64,000 nt of DNA, taken from positions 6,919 to 70,918 of IMG/VR virus record IMGVR_UViG_3300010370_005113. One strand, given 5' to 3'. The DNA is from a virus. Under the pieces are notes generated by a model that was not told the origin of the DNA, ran no database searches, and saw only the letters and a program-made list of their open reading frames with translations. Of this stretch, positions 28,172 to 38,515 are shown in pieces; position 1 is the stretch's first letter; the number at the start of each line of letters is the position of its first letter. Made by a program: the position numbers and the translations under genes.

Positions 28172-28879
28172 ATGAAGATATTCAAGTTTTATAAAGTAGA
28201 CGGAGAAACGGGAGTTTCAGTCGCAATCAAAAAAGCACCTGCTGGACCTTGTTTACCAAATCTTCCAGGTCTCAATCAAATCTTTGATTTTAATGGGTTT
28301 CTCTATGCAGAAGTAGACGATAGTGCTGTTGCAGAACCTGATAACTATATCTTTGAGATTACTGCAGAAGAGTTTGCTGCTGATGTAGAAGCAAAAACCA
28401 ATCAGATGCTTGCTGATTACAAAGCAGCAGCATATCCAAATGAGAAGGCTCTTCGTGAATTGGTGTTTGGTAAGTATGATGCAACTGCTTCCATTGCTGG
28501 TGTTTATAAGTACAATGAAGCAGTAAAGTTAATCGCTGATGGTACTCCTTCTGTTGATATTACTGCAGAAGCAACAGCAAGAGGTATTGATGAACTTGAA
28601 CTTGCAGAGAAGATTGTAGAAAATCACGAAGCATTCCGTTTGAAGGATGCGACAATTGCAGGAATTCGTGGTAAAATGTTAGATAGATTGAATGCATATA
28701 CTTTTGATGCTACTGATGCACTCGGAAGTTATAATGAGCTTGTAACAAGAACAGAAGTCGTTGGACACCGTGAGCCAGGTGCTAGTGGTGGTCCAGGAGG
28801 ACAAGAGGAGAACTTAGAAGTCAAAGCATCTTACTATTATCCAGATTTAGCAACACGTTGGGCATACTTAGGTACATGA
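28172..28879 (+). CDS. Putative tail-fibre assembly chaperone-like protein
   Basis: Helical AEATARGIDELELAEKIV...IAGIRG segment reminiscent of fibre assembly chaperones; CATAAATA at 28142-28149. Confidence 0.45.
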   Translation: MKIFKFYKVDGETGVSVAIKKAPAGPCLPNLPGLNQIFDFNGFLYAEVDDSAVAEPDNYIFEITAEEFAADVEAKTNQMLADYKAAAYPNEKALRELVFGKYDATASIAGVYKYNEAVKLIADGTPSVDITAEATARGIDELELAEKIVENHEAFRLKDATIAGIRGKMLDRLNAYTFDATDALGSYNELVTRTEVVGHREPGASGGPGGQEENLEVKASYYYPDLATRWAYLGT

Positions 28880-28883
28880 TTTT

Positions 28884-30020
28884 ATGATTACAAGTACTAC
28901 GAGTGGTGTTTGGGAACTTGATGATGTTTACGCAAAGAGAAATGCGGAAAGGTGGAGACCTGATGGGGTTGGTTTGTTCGCATTTGGTAATAATGCTAAC
29001 GGACAATTAGGACAAAATAGTAGAGTATCACAATCATCACCAGTTCAAATACCAGGAACCACATGGAGTTCTATAAGTAGTGGTTTTAGTCACTCATTAG
29101 CAACTAAAACCGATAACACTTTATGGGCATGTGGGTCTAATAGTAATGGGGGATTAGGACAAAATGCAGTAGCATCACGTTCATCACCAGTACAAATACC
29201 AGGAACTACATGGGATACGTTAGGTACTGGATATTTGTATTCATTCTCAACAAAGAGTGATGGAACCTTATGGTCATGGGGTTATAATAGTAGAGGTCAA
29301 TTAGGACAAAATAATACAATACAATATTCATCACCAGTACAAATACCAGGAACCACCTGGAGTAGAATTGAAGCAGGAGTTTATCTTTCTCTTTCCGCTA
29401 TTGCAAAAAAAACTGATGGAACCTTATGGTCATGGGGTTATAATAATAACAATGAGCTTGGATTAAATGATTCTACCCCACGTTCATCACCAACCCAAAT
29501 CCCAGGAACAACGTGGAACAGCATAAACACGGGATATTATCACTCGTTAGCGACCAAGACTGATGGAACCTTATGGTCATGGGGATATAATAATAAAGGT
29601 CAACTTGGACAAAATAATGGAACTGGTTATGGGTCACCCAGACAAATACCAGGAACTAATTGGAGTTCGGTATCTGCCGGTTATTATAGTTCATTAGCAA
29701 CCAAGACGGATGGTACTTTATGGTCATGGGGATATAATAATAGTGGACAACTAGGACAAAATAATATAACACTATATTCATCACCAGTTCAAATTCCAGG
29801 AACTCAATGGAGCCTTACTATTTTGGAAAGTGGATATAATAATTGTGCAGCAATAAAAAATGATAATACCTTGTGGACATGGGGATCAAATGGTAATGGA
29901 CAATTGGGATTAGGTGATGTAGTAAGTCGTTCATCACCAATACAAGTACCGGGAACTACATGGAGTTCTGTGGGTGAAACTGGTAGCTCTATATTAGCAA
30001 CAAAAAATATCTATTCATAA
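28884..30020 (+). CDS. RCC1/BLIP-II repeat protein (7 blades) with GVWxL peptide
   Basis: Seven repeats counted; N-terminus SGVWELDDV. Confidence 0.9.
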   Translation: MITSTTSGVWELDDVYAKRNAERWRPDGVGLFAFGNNANGQLGQNSRVSQSSPVQIPGTTWSSISSGFSHSLATKTDNTLWACGSNSNGGLGQNAVASRSSPVQIPGTTWDTLGTGYLYSFSTKSDGTLWSWGYNSRGQLGQNNTIQYSSPVQIPGTTWSRIEAGVYLSLSAIAKKTDGTLWSWGYNNNNELGLNDSTPRSSPTQIPGTTWNSINTGYYHSLATKTDGTLWSWGYNNKGQLGQNNGTGYGSPRQIPGTNWSSVSAGYYSSLATKTDGTLWSWGYNNSGQLGQNNITLYSSPVQIPGTQWSLTILESGYNNCAAIKNDNTLWTWGSNGNGQLGLGDVVSRSSPIQVPGTTWSSVGETGSSILATKNIYS

Positions 30021-30023
30021 ATC

Positions 30024-30602
30024 ATGAACCTCTTTGATTTAATTATTATTCAACCAAATATCATTCCACAAGAACACATAAGACAACTCTTTCAACTCAC
30101 CAGTCAACCAACATCAAATGCAACAGTTGGTTCTGGAGAAGAAAAAATAGAATTAGAAACCAGAAAAACCTTATGGTATCCAATACCATTTCCAGTTCTA
30201 CAAAATCTTAACAATGCAGTGATGTCTTGTTATCATTCATTTATTGAACCAAAATATCACTCAAAAGTTAAAAATATAGAACCAACACAATTTCTAGGCT
30301 ATCCTGTGGGAGGGCACTATATAGAACATAACGATTGTGAGAACTTTGAGAATGGACAATGGGTAAGAATTGCTCCGAGAGATATATCAATACTGTTTTA
30401 TCTCAATGACGATTATACTGGTGGAGAACTTGAATTTACTCAACTTGGTTTGACGATTAAACCAAAAACTGGTATGATGATTGCATTCCCTTCTTATAAA
30501 GAATTTGCTCATAAGGTACATCCAGTCACTTCTGGATTTCGTTATTCACTCGTCTCATGGTTAGAAACAGAACAAAAAGTTTATGAAACAATACGAAGAT
30601 AA
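30024..30602 (+). CDS. 2OG-Fe(II) oxygenase, prolyl-4-hydroxylase-like
   Basis: HND...YLNDDYTGGEL...HKVHPVTSGFRYS (HxD..H..R). Confidence 0.9.
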   Translation: MNLFDLIIIQPNIIPQEHIRQLFQLTSQPTSNATVGSGEEKIELETRKTLWYPIPFPVLQNLNNAVMSCYHSFIEPKYHSKVKNIEPTQFLGYPVGGHYIEHNDCENFENGQWVRIAPRDISILFYLNDDYTGGELEFTQLGLTIKPKTGMMIAFPSYKEFAHKVHPVTSGFRYSLVSWLETEQKVYETIRR

Positions 30603-31158
30603 AGGATTTCAGGTGGTTCCCCAGTTTGTACCACCATATTTTGCACAATACTTAAGAAACTATTTTGATTTATTAAGAGTAAATGACCAAATTCCAAACA
30701 AGGGTGATGGTCAAGTTGCAAATTCATTAGGAATTTATGGAAACCCTGCATTTGATATGCTGATGCTCATGTCTCTTCCAATGGTAGAAGAGATTGTTGG
30801 TAAAAAACTTTTACCGACTTATACTTATGCAAGAATTTATTTTAATAATGCAAATCTTCTTCCCCATGTAGACCGAGAAGAATGTGAGCACTCTGTATCT
30901 ATTTCTTTAGGTGGAGATTATGAAGCACTATGGCCTTTATGGTTTAAGAATGGCGATAAAGACCCCGAATATGCTGCAATGGGTCCTGGCGATGCAGTGA
31001 TTTATCAAGGAAATAAGGTTCATCACTGGAGAGATGCCTTTGAAGGAAAGACACAATTTCAAGTTTTCATGCATTATGTGGAAGCAGAGGGAGAATATAA
31101 AGACAAACTCTACGACACACGACCTTATATTGGATTATCTGCTGATACGAAAAAATGA
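30583..31158 (+). CDS. 2OG-Fe(II) oxygenase
   Basis: PTYTYARIY...HVDREECE...GDAVIYQG..VHHWR..QVFMHYV. Confidence 0.8.
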   Translation: MKQYEDKGFQVVPQFVPPYFAQYLRNYFDLLRVNDQIPNKGDGQVANSLGIYGNPAFDMLMLMSLPMVEEIVGKKLLPTYTYARIYFNNANLLPHVDREECEHSVSISLGGDYEALWPLWFKNGDKDPEYAAMGPGDAVIYQGNKVHHWRDAFEGKTQFQVFMHYVEAEGEYKDKLYDTRPYIGLSADTKK

Positions 31159-32456
31159 TTGCACAACTCATTATTGAATTAAGTGAAAAAGGAGAACCAA
31201 AAGCAGCAAAAGAACTAGCAATAGCATATCTCAAACACGAAAAAGATGTTGAGATACTGAACTTGCTTGGAAAACTTCATCATGACGATAAGGAATTTGA
31301 TAAAGCACTGGAATGTATGAATGCACTTCCAGAAAATCCTGCTGTAATCATGAATAAAGCAAAGTGTCTTTATTATCTGAAGAGAGCACCAGAGGCAGAG
31401 AAACTTCTTTATTCACTTCCAAAGCAATATCGTGAAGACCCTTTGGTTCAAATTGATATGACCTTGTATAAAACTGCACAAGGTAAATTTGATGAGAGTA
31501 AGAAAATCCTGAAACCACTTGCTGGTTCATATCCACAAGCAGCATTTAATTATGGGTGGTTTCTGTTGGGTGATGGTGAACTTCAAGAAGGTTACAAATA
31601 CATTCGTGAAGGTGCAAAGTTAAGAGTATGGGGTCATGAATGGTTACTCAAAGAACGTTATGATATTGATAAAGACCAACGATGGAATGGAGAAACCGTA
31701 GACATCATTGCATACTATCTTGAAGGTGGTATGGGTGATGAAATGATTTTTGTTCGTTATGCAGAACAATTCCAGAAATATTGTAAGGAAGTTAAAATCT
31801 TCTGTACTGCTTCCATCAAGAAACTTCTAGAAGATTGTGGTTATGAGAACCTTTATCTTCATGAGGATATTGTAAGAACCAAATGGAATAAGTTTGTTCC
31901 TGCAATGTCTGCTCCTTATTTTCTTGGACTAACTGAACCTTGTGAGAATGTTTCGTTTCCTTACTTAAAGAAGACATCAAATCCAGTTCAAGAAATGCAG
32001 GATATTGCTGGAGACCAGAAAAAGATAGTCATTCGTTGGAAAGGTAATCCACAGTTTGAACATGACCAGTTTCGTAGTATTCCAATTGAAAAACTTCTAG
32101 GATTAGAGAAGTTTGGTCAGTTATTCTCTATTCAAATTGAAGACAGTGACTTACCAAAGAATGCAAATGTATGGGACTTATCCCACTTAATTTCTTCGTG
32201 GAGTGATACTTATGATATCTTTGCAGAGAGTGATTTGGTGATTACTTCATGTACTGCAACGGCTCACTTAGCAGGAGCAATGGGAGCAAAGGTAATCGTA
32301 CTTCCACCATTAGTTCCTTATATTACCTGGGCATCAAATAAGTTTAGTTGGTATCCAGAGAATGTTGTCGTTGTTCAGCAGATGGAGTATAATAACTGGG
32401 ATAAGACGATTGAAAAACTTTATGGAGTAGTTGAGAATGCAATATCAAACTCATGA
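31155..32456 (+). CDS. TPR-domain GT9-like (heptosyltransferase-fold) glycosyltransferase
   Basis: N-terminal TPR-like helices; EGGMGDEMIFVRY and DLVITSCTATAHLAGAMG motifs. Confidence 0.85.
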   Translation: MIAQLIIELSEKGEPKAAKELAIAYLKHEKDVEILNLLGKLHHDDKEFDKALECMNALPENPAVIMNKAKCLYYLKRAPEAEKLLYSLPKQYREDPLVQIDMTLYKTAQGKFDESKKILKPLAGSYPQAAFNYGWFLLGDGELQEGYKYIREGAKLRVWGHEWLLKERYDIDKDQRWNGETVDIIAYYLEGGMGDEMIFVRYAEQFQKYCKEVKIFCTASIKKLLEDCGYENLYLHEDIVRTKWNKFVPAMSAPYFLGLTEPCENVSFPYLKKTSNPVQEMQDIAGDQKKIVIRWKGNPQFEHDQFRSIPIEKLLGLEKFGQLFSIQIEDSDLPKNANVWDLSHLISSWSDTYDIFAESDLVITSCTATAHLAGAMGAKVIVLPPLVPYITWASNKFSWYPENVVVVQQMEYNNWDKTIEKLYGVVENAISNS

Positions 32457-33042
32457 GTTATTTCCTACCAGTGTCGTTAGAGTAAACTGTGATGGTCTCT
32501 TTATGGACCAAGACAGACAGATGATGATGCAAAGTGTAGACCAATTAATTGAGATGGGTGCTTATACACAAAATGAACTCACTCCAAAGTATCAAACTCA
32601 TGTAATTTTATTTCAAGATGATGCACCAGAGATTTGGAAACGACTAAGAACTAGTTTCTATGGTGCATGTAAGACTTATCTAGAAGTCGTTAAAGATTTC
32701 ACGGGTAATCAAAATGCAATTGAGTTCACTGGTTCTGGTGCATGGTGTTATAAAGGATGGAAGTCACTTAATAAAGTGGAAACAAATCCTTGGCATCATC
32801 ACAACCCATCATTTCTTTCTGGAGTTTATTATCTAAGAGTTCCTGGTGATGGAAACACTGGTGGTACAGAATTTCATGACCCACGAACTGCCCCAGCCAT
32901 TGGAACAAGAAATCAATGTGTCTCACCAATTGAGAACTCATGGGTTATCTTTCCTGGTTGGTTACAACATCGTAGTAACTTTGTAGACACAGAAGAACCA
33001 CGCTATGTGATTGCGGCAAATATCTATGCAAAAGTAAGATGA
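32437..33042 (+). CDS. Putative 2OG-Fe(II) oxygenase (TIGR02466-like)
   Basis: LFPT start, HHHNPSFLSGVYYL, FHDPR, IFPGWLQH, RYVIAAN. Confidence 0.85.
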   Translation: MQYQTHELFPTSVVRVNCDGLFMDQDRQMMMQSVDQLIEMGAYTQNELTPKYQTHVILFQDDAPEIWKRLRTSFYGACKTYLEVVKDFTGNQNAIEFTGSGAWCYKGWKSLNKVETNPWHHHNPSFLSGVYYLRVPGDGNTGGTEFHDPRTAPAIGTRNQCVSPIENSWVIFPGWLQHRSNFVDTEEPRYVIAANIYAKVR

Positions 33043-33728
33043 AAAGAGCAATTTTAACTTATTATAATGATGAGATTGATAAGAACCTTTTGATGTATCA
33101 GCAACAGGTTCTGGAGAAATTCAATACAACTGCTGATTATTATCCACTGTTCTGTAAGCAAGGAACTGACCAAATCATTCATTATCAAGGTCTTGATTAT
33201 GGAGTAGGTCAGTTGTTTAGTGAACAGTATGATAGTGTTTTGATTTTAGATGTGGATTGTATTCCATTAAACTCTTATGCACTTGAATATATCTTTGAGA
33301 GAGCAGAGCAAAATGTACTCATTGGAAATGCTCAAAGGTCTGGGCACATTGAGAATGATGAGCATCTTTATATTGGTTCTTCTTGTTTATGCTTAAGTCG
33401 TCAAATCTATGAGGACTTTGGACGAATGACTTTTGCTCCTGACCACATTCAAGCAGATACCTGTGAGTATTATACTTATGAGGCTGAGAAAAGAGGTGTA
33501 GAACTTGAAATTTTTATGCCGAAGAATTATATTCGCCAACCAATTGGATGTGATTGGGACTTAGGAAAAGGAAGACCAAAGTATGGTATTGGTACAACCT
33601 TTATGAACTCTTTGAGTGTTGAGATGTTCTTTCACTTGTTCTCAAGTCGTGATAGAGTGTATAATACTTACTTCTATGATAAGTGTGAGGAGGTCCTTCA
33701 AATAAATACATCAAAAGGAACAGAGTAA
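33039..33728 (+). CDS. Putative GT-A glycosyltransferase
   Basis: VLILDVDCIP DxD motif in glycan-cluster context. Confidence 0.6.
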   Translation: MKRAILTYYNDEIDKNLLMYQQQVLEKFNTTADYYPLFCKQGTDQIIHYQGLDYGVGQLFSEQYDSVLILDVDCIPLNSYALEYIFERAEQNVLIGNAQRSGHIENDEHLYIGSSCLCLSRQIYEDFGRMTFAPDHIQADTCEYYTYEAEKRGVELEIFMPKNYIRQPIGCDWDLGKGRPKYGIGTTFMNSLSVEMFFHLFSSRDRVYNTYFYDKCEEVLQINTSKGTE

Positions 33729-33734
33729 AGTTCA

Positions 33735-34865
33735 ATGCCGATAAGACAAAATACCTGGGACTTAAAAGGACATTATGACTTAACCAATAGTGGGCAGAAT
33801 GCTTATTTGGGTGCTCCTATTTTATTTGCTTGGGGACAAAATGGTAAGGGACAACTAGGACAAAATAATACAACATATCGTTCATCACCAGTCCAAATAC
33901 CAGGAATTACCTGGGGTTCTATAAGTATTGGATATTTTAACACGTTAGCAACCAAAACCGATGGAACCTTATGGTCATGGGGATATAATAATCTTGGAGC
34001 ATTAGGACAAAATAATAGAACATATTATTCATCACCAGTACAAATACCAGGAACTACATGGAATTCTGTTAATAGTGGTTATCATTCATTAGCAACAAAA
34101 ACTGACGGAACTCTATGGGCATGGGGTAGTGGTACTTGGGGACAACTGGGACAAAATAATGGAACATCATATTCATCACCAGTACAAATTCCTGGTACTA
34201 CATGGAGTTCTGTGCGTATATCTAATGAACATTCATTAGCATCAAAAACTGACGGAACTTTATGGGCATGGGGTAATAATTTATTTGGTCAACTAGGACA
34301 AACTAATACAACAAGATATTCATCACCAGTTCAAATACCAGGAACCACATGGAGTTCCATAAGTACTGGTGCTGCTAGTACACTTAATGCTCTTGTATTA
34401 GCAACCAAAACTGATGGAACTTTATGGTCATGGGGATCTGGTACTTCGGGACAGCTAGGACAAAACAATGTGGTATCACGATCATCACCAGTCCAAATAC
34501 CAGGAACCGCATGGAGTTCTATTAGTGCTAGTAGTTCTGGACTTCATTCATTAGCAACCAAAACTGATGGAACCTTATGGTCATGGGGTCTTAATCAGTA
34601 TGGACAACTAGGACAAAATAGTAGAGTATCACAATCATCGCCAGTACAAATTCCTGGTACTACATGGAGTTCCATCGGTGCTGGTGGTTATGATGCATTA
34701 GCAACTAAAACTAATAATACTTTATGGTCATGGGGAGAAAATATCTATGGACAATTAGGACAAAATAATACAACAAATATATCATCACCAGTACAAATAC
34801 CAGGAACTCAATGGACTTCTATGAGTATTGCGTATAGAAGTTCTTTTGTACTACAACAACAATAA
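33735..34865 (+). CDS. RCC1/BLIP-II repeat protein (7 blades) embedded in the enzyme cluster
   Basis: Seven repeats; N-terminal NTWDL peptide; AATAAATA at 33701-33708. Confidence 0.9.
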   Translation: MPIRQNTWDLKGHYDLTNSGQNAYLGAPILFAWGQNGKGQLGQNNTTYRSSPVQIPGITWGSISIGYFNTLATKTDGTLWSWGYNNLGALGQNNRTYYSSPVQIPGTTWNSVNSGYHSLATKTDGTLWAWGSGTWGQLGQNNGTSYSSPVQIPGTTWSSVRISNEHSLASKTDGTLWAWGNNLFGQLGQTNTTRYSSPVQIPGTTWSSISTGAASTLNALVLATKTDGTLWSWGSGTSGQLGQNNVVSRSSPVQIPGTAWSSISASSSGLHSLATKTDGTLWSWGLNQYGQLGQNSRVSQSSPVQIPGTTWSSIGAGGYDALATKTNNTLWSWGENIYGQLGQNNTTNISSPVQIPGTQWTSMSIAYRSSFVLQQQ

Positions 34866-34889
34866 ATACACAAAACATCATTTTACATC

Positions 34890-35723
34890 ATGCAACAACT
34901 TCATTACTGCCTAGGACTGCCTAGGACTTGCTCTTCAGTGTTAATGAACATCCTGAATGAGAACCCAAGAATTTTTACAACAGGAACCTGTCCAACACCA
35001 TATCTCATTAGTGCTTGTAGAGACATCTCCACACAAGTCAGTGAGTTTATTGCAATGGACAAAGATGTGCTCAATGATGCATATCTTGGTTTCTTAAGAC
35101 AAGGACTTCGTGGATGGTTTGAGAGTATGACTGATAAACCAGTTGTATTCTCAAAGTCAAGAGTATGGGCAGAATACTTTACTCATACTTTTGCACTCAA
35201 CCCAAACTCAAAATACTTAGTCATTCTCAGAGACCTGAGAGACATCATTTGTTCTTTTGAGAGCCTACTTCACAAGTATCCTAATATCATTATTGGTGAT
35301 ACTGAGATGCCTTTCCAACACAATACGTTTGAAAAGCGTATGGAACTGTATTGCACTGATGGAATGGCGAACCTAGGAAGACCTTTGCATATGCTTCCTC
35401 ATGTTCTTGAAGTTGCTCAAAGACATCCAGGAAACTTTTTCTTCTTAAGAACAGAAGATTTTAATGATAATCCAAAAGGAACTCTCAAAAAACTTTATGA
35501 GTTTCTTGGAGAAGAATACTTTGAGCACGACTTAGAGAACATTCCTGTTCCTGATTATTATGAGCACGATACTGTTTATCGTTCTATGGTGTCTCATAAG
35601 ACAGGAACAAAACTTAAGAAACTGGAACCACGCTGGCCTCAATTCATGACGCCAGAACAATCGCAACTAGTCATTCAAAACAACCTCTCATACTATCAGG
35701 CATTCTATCCAGAAATGTTATGA
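34890..35723 (+). CDS. Sulfotransferase family protein
   Basis: GLPRTCSS (5'-PSB-like loop) and LRDLRDIICSF (3'-PB-like) motifs. Confidence 0.85.
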   Translation: MQQLHYCLGLPRTCSSVLMNILNENPRIFTTGTCPTPYLISACRDISTQVSEFIAMDKDVLNDAYLGFLRQGLRGWFESMTDKPVVFSKSRVWAEYFTHTFALNPNSKYLVILRDLRDIICSFESLLHKYPNIIIGDTEMPFQHNTFEKRMELYCTDGMANLGRPLHMLPHVLEVAQRHPGNFFFLRTEDFNDNPKGTLKKLYEFLGEEYFEHDLENIPVPDYYEHDTVYRSMVSHKTGTKLKKLEPRWPQFMTPEQSQLVIQNNLSYYQAFYPEML

Positions 35724-36442
35724 ATTATTATAATTCTTATGAGATGGGTGTTGCTGGAACTTATATTATTTCTCTTCCAGGAAATCCAGTATCAGAACAA
35801 TTAACAAATCAGTGCTTTCAATCTTGCATTCAAGTTGGACAACCAAATCCAATGATTGTTCCTGGTTTTGATGCATCAGGTTCTCAAGTCAAACTTCAGG
35901 AACATGAGTTGGGTAAACCAGTTGGAGAACTAGGATCAATCAAAGTTCCAGAAGCACTTCAAGGACAAGCATTCATCAACTTTTTAAGGTTGCATAGAGC
36001 AGATATGTTAATGACCCAGATTGCTTGTTTCTTGTCTCACTATTCTTTGTGGTGTTTATGTCTTGCACAAGACCGACCTATTGTAATTCTGGAACATGAT
36101 GCTATAATGGTAAAACCATATCAGGTTCATAAGTATTATAATAATATCGTGTACTTAGGTTCTAAGGAGCAATACAAACACGGTAAGGAGGTTTATTCTA
36201 TTCCTCCTCATGCAAGTGACCATAAAGGTCTAGACCGGTTCATCTGCCGTGCTCATGCATATGCAATAGACCCCGCGATTGCAAAGAACATGGTGTCTTA
36301 TGTAATTCAACAGGGTATGACGACTTCACTAGATGCAATACTTCGTAGTGATTTGTTTGGAATTGTACAGGATGGTGTTTATGCTTATGACGAAAATCAT
36401 GGACTTTCAACAATTGCGGAAGGCGGAAGAGCAGTAGGATGA
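35720..36442 (+). CDS. GT25-like glycosyltransferase
   Basis: YIISL, ACFLSHYSLW, ILEHDA and AHAYAI motifs. Confidence 0.8.
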   Translation: MNYYNSYEMGVAGTYIISLPGNPVSEQLTNQCFQSCIQVGQPNPMIVPGFDASGSQVKLQEHELGKPVGELGSIKVPEALQGQAFINFLRLHRADMLMTQIACFLSHYSLWCLCLAQDRPIVILEHDAIMVKPYQVHKYYNNIVYLGSKEQYKHGKEVYSIPPHASDHKGLDRFICRAHAYAIDPAIAKNMVSYVIQQGMTTSLDAILRSDLFGIVQDGVYAYDENHGLSTIAEGGRAVG

Positions 36443-36969
36443 ATACATTAAATGTAGAGAAAGTTCAAAAAGAACTTCCAGTTTTTACTACAATTCTTGA
36501 TAATTATCAGGAGTTGAATTCTTATCTTAAAGAAGTCATTCGGGAACATCGGCGTCTTCATCCAGAAACTAATGAGAGCAATGTAAAAGCTTGGCATTCA
36601 AGTTGGGTCACACATCAAGAAAATCCAAAGTTTCAACCGATTGTGGATTTGGTTCTAAGTGCTTGTGAGTTTATTTCTCAAGGATACTTTGAGCAAAAGA
36701 TGCAGTTTAAGTGTTTTAATATGTGGGCAATGGAATATGAGCGAGGAGAGTATGCTGTAAGACACTCACACTATCCAAGTGATTTTGCATGTGCATATTA
36801 TGTGGATGTTGAACCTGGATGCGCTCCAATTGTCTTTGAGGAAACATTAGAAGTTCACCCACAAAACGGAATGCTTGTAGTGTTTCCTGCAATGTTGCAT
36901 CACGAAGTTCCCCCAACAAATGCACGAAGAACTGTGATTTCCATGAACATTGATAAACATTATGTCTAA
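36439..36969 (+). CDS. Putative 2OG-Fe(II) oxygenase (TIGR02466-like)
   Basis: HSH...CAYYV...VFPAMLHHEV...RTVISMN. Confidence 0.85.
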   Translation: MNTLNVEKVQKELPVFTTILDNYQELNSYLKEVIREHRRLHPETNESNVKAWHSSWVTHQENPKFQPIVDLVLSACEFISQGYFEQKMQFKCFNMWAMEYERGEYAVRHSHYPSDFACAYYVDVEPGCAPIVFEETLEVHPQNGMLVVFPAMLHHEVPPTNARRTVISMNIDKHYV

Positions 36970-37807
36970 TCTTCATGTCGTCTTAAGAACCTGTGATAAA
37001 CAACAAGTACATCATGGTTCTTTACCAAATGGGCAGAGAATAGTTCATAAAACCGAATGCGTCATTCGTTGTTTGAATTCGGTTCTTCATAATCTCAAAA
37101 AATTAAATCAGGTCTCTCTTCATATTATTGATGATAATTCAAGAGATTATCTAAGAAACATACTTAAAGAACTTACAAGAGAATTACCTTTTGTAAGTTT
37201 TAATTTCTTATCACCATCAAATGTCTCAAGGCAGTCAGTAAAAGTTCTCTATGATTATATTGCGACTTTACCTGATGATGATTTGGTTTATGTATTAGAA
37301 GATGATTATCTCCATGAACCCGATGCATTTGAGAAACTTTTAAAGGCATGGGGTTATCTGAATGCAATCACAGCATCGTCTATAGATGTTGGAATATTTC
37401 CTCAATGTTTTGTTCAGTTATTTCCCTATCCAGAAAATCCACTTGCAGATTTTTATGACCGAGGATGTTCTGTTGTTCCGACACCAGTTGGTTTTTATCG
37501 CACAACATGGTATACTAATGAGACATACATAATTCAATCAAAGGTTTTTAAGAAGTATAAAAACATTTTTGAGATGTTGCAGACCACAGATACAAATGAT
37601 GCATTATGGGAGGGAAATACAATATCTCAAATTTGGACAAGAGATGACTTTAAGATGTTTATGCCTTTAAGTCCTTCTGTTGTTCACATGGCTACTGCAA
37701 AAGATAAACCTTTTTATTGGTCCAATCAGAAACTTATAGACCTTTGGAATTCTAATCAGACACTTTATTCATCACCCGAAAACTCCTGGATTAATTTAAC
37801 AACATGA
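36962..37807 (+). CDS. GT2-like glycosyltransferase
   Basis: IIDDNS and VLEDDYLH motifs; paralog of 45469-46290. Confidence 0.7.
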   Translation: MSNLHVVLRTCDKQQVHHGSLPNGQRIVHKTECVIRCLNSVLHNLKKLNQVSLHIIDDNSRDYLRNILKELTRELPFVSFNFLSPSNVSRQSVKVLYDYIATLPDDDLVYVLEDDYLHEPDAFEKLLKAWGYLNAITASSIDVGIFPQCFVQLFPYPENPLADFYDRGCSVVPTPVGFYRTTWYTNETYIIQSKVFKKYKNIFEMLQTTDTNDALWEGNTISQIWTRDDFKMFMPLSPSVVHMATAKDKPFYWSNQKLIDLWNSNQTLYSSPENSWINLTT

Positions 37808-38514
37808 ACAATCCTTATCACAACTTTGATGCATCCAAATATCCACTGAATGTAACTGGATTTTGGGAAAAATGGCCAGCAGATGAAAATCCATTGGACT
37901 TTTATCCTCCTGTTTTTGAGCAACTTATTCAAGAACTACGTCCAAATGTAATTCTGGAAATTGGTTCTTATAAAGGAAAGAGTGCAATTCAGTTTGCAAA
38001 TCTCTGCAACAAATATAATCTACCAACTAAAATCTTCTGTGTAGATACTTGGTTGGGTTCTGCTGAACATGCTGATAGTGATGACCTGATGAAGGTTAAT
38101 GGATGGCCAACAATGTTCTATCAGTTTCTTGCGAATGTTGTTCATACGGGTCACCAGGACCGTATTGTTCCTGTGCCGATGGATAGTATGAGTAATTATC
38201 GTGTGATGAAGGCAAATAATGTTAAAGTCCCGATGATTTATATTGATGCTGGACATTTTTATGAGAGTGTTTATGCAGATATTAAATTTTACTGGGATGT
38301 TCTTGAGGATGGTGGAGTAATGATTGGTGATGATTATGACCCCGATAAATGGCCTGATGTTGTAAAAGCAGTAAAAGATTTTTTTGGAGATAATTTTTCA
38401 GTCATTCAAGAAAGTAAAGGTTCTAACTGCAATTGGATTGCAACAAAGGGAATAAATCAACCTCAATCTCAACCACAAACCACATCATCAACTGCATTCT
38501 ATAAGTCCTGGTAA
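37804..38514 (+). CDS. Class I SAM-dependent methyltransferase
   Basis: LEIGSYKGKS, CVDTW, IYIDAGH and GGVMIGDDY motifs. Confidence 0.9.
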   Translation: MNNPYHNFDASKYPLNVTGFWEKWPADENPLDFYPPVFEQLIQELRPNVILEIGSYKGKSAIQFANLCNKYNLPTKIFCVDTWLGSAEHADSDDLMKVNGWPTMFYQFLANVVHTGHQDRIVPVPMDSMSNYRVMKANNVKVPMIYIDAGHFYESVYADIKFYWDVLEDGGVMIGDDYDPDKWPDVVKAVKDFFGDNFSVIQESKGSNCNWIATKGINQPQSQPQTTSSTAFYKSW

Positions 38515-38515
38515 G

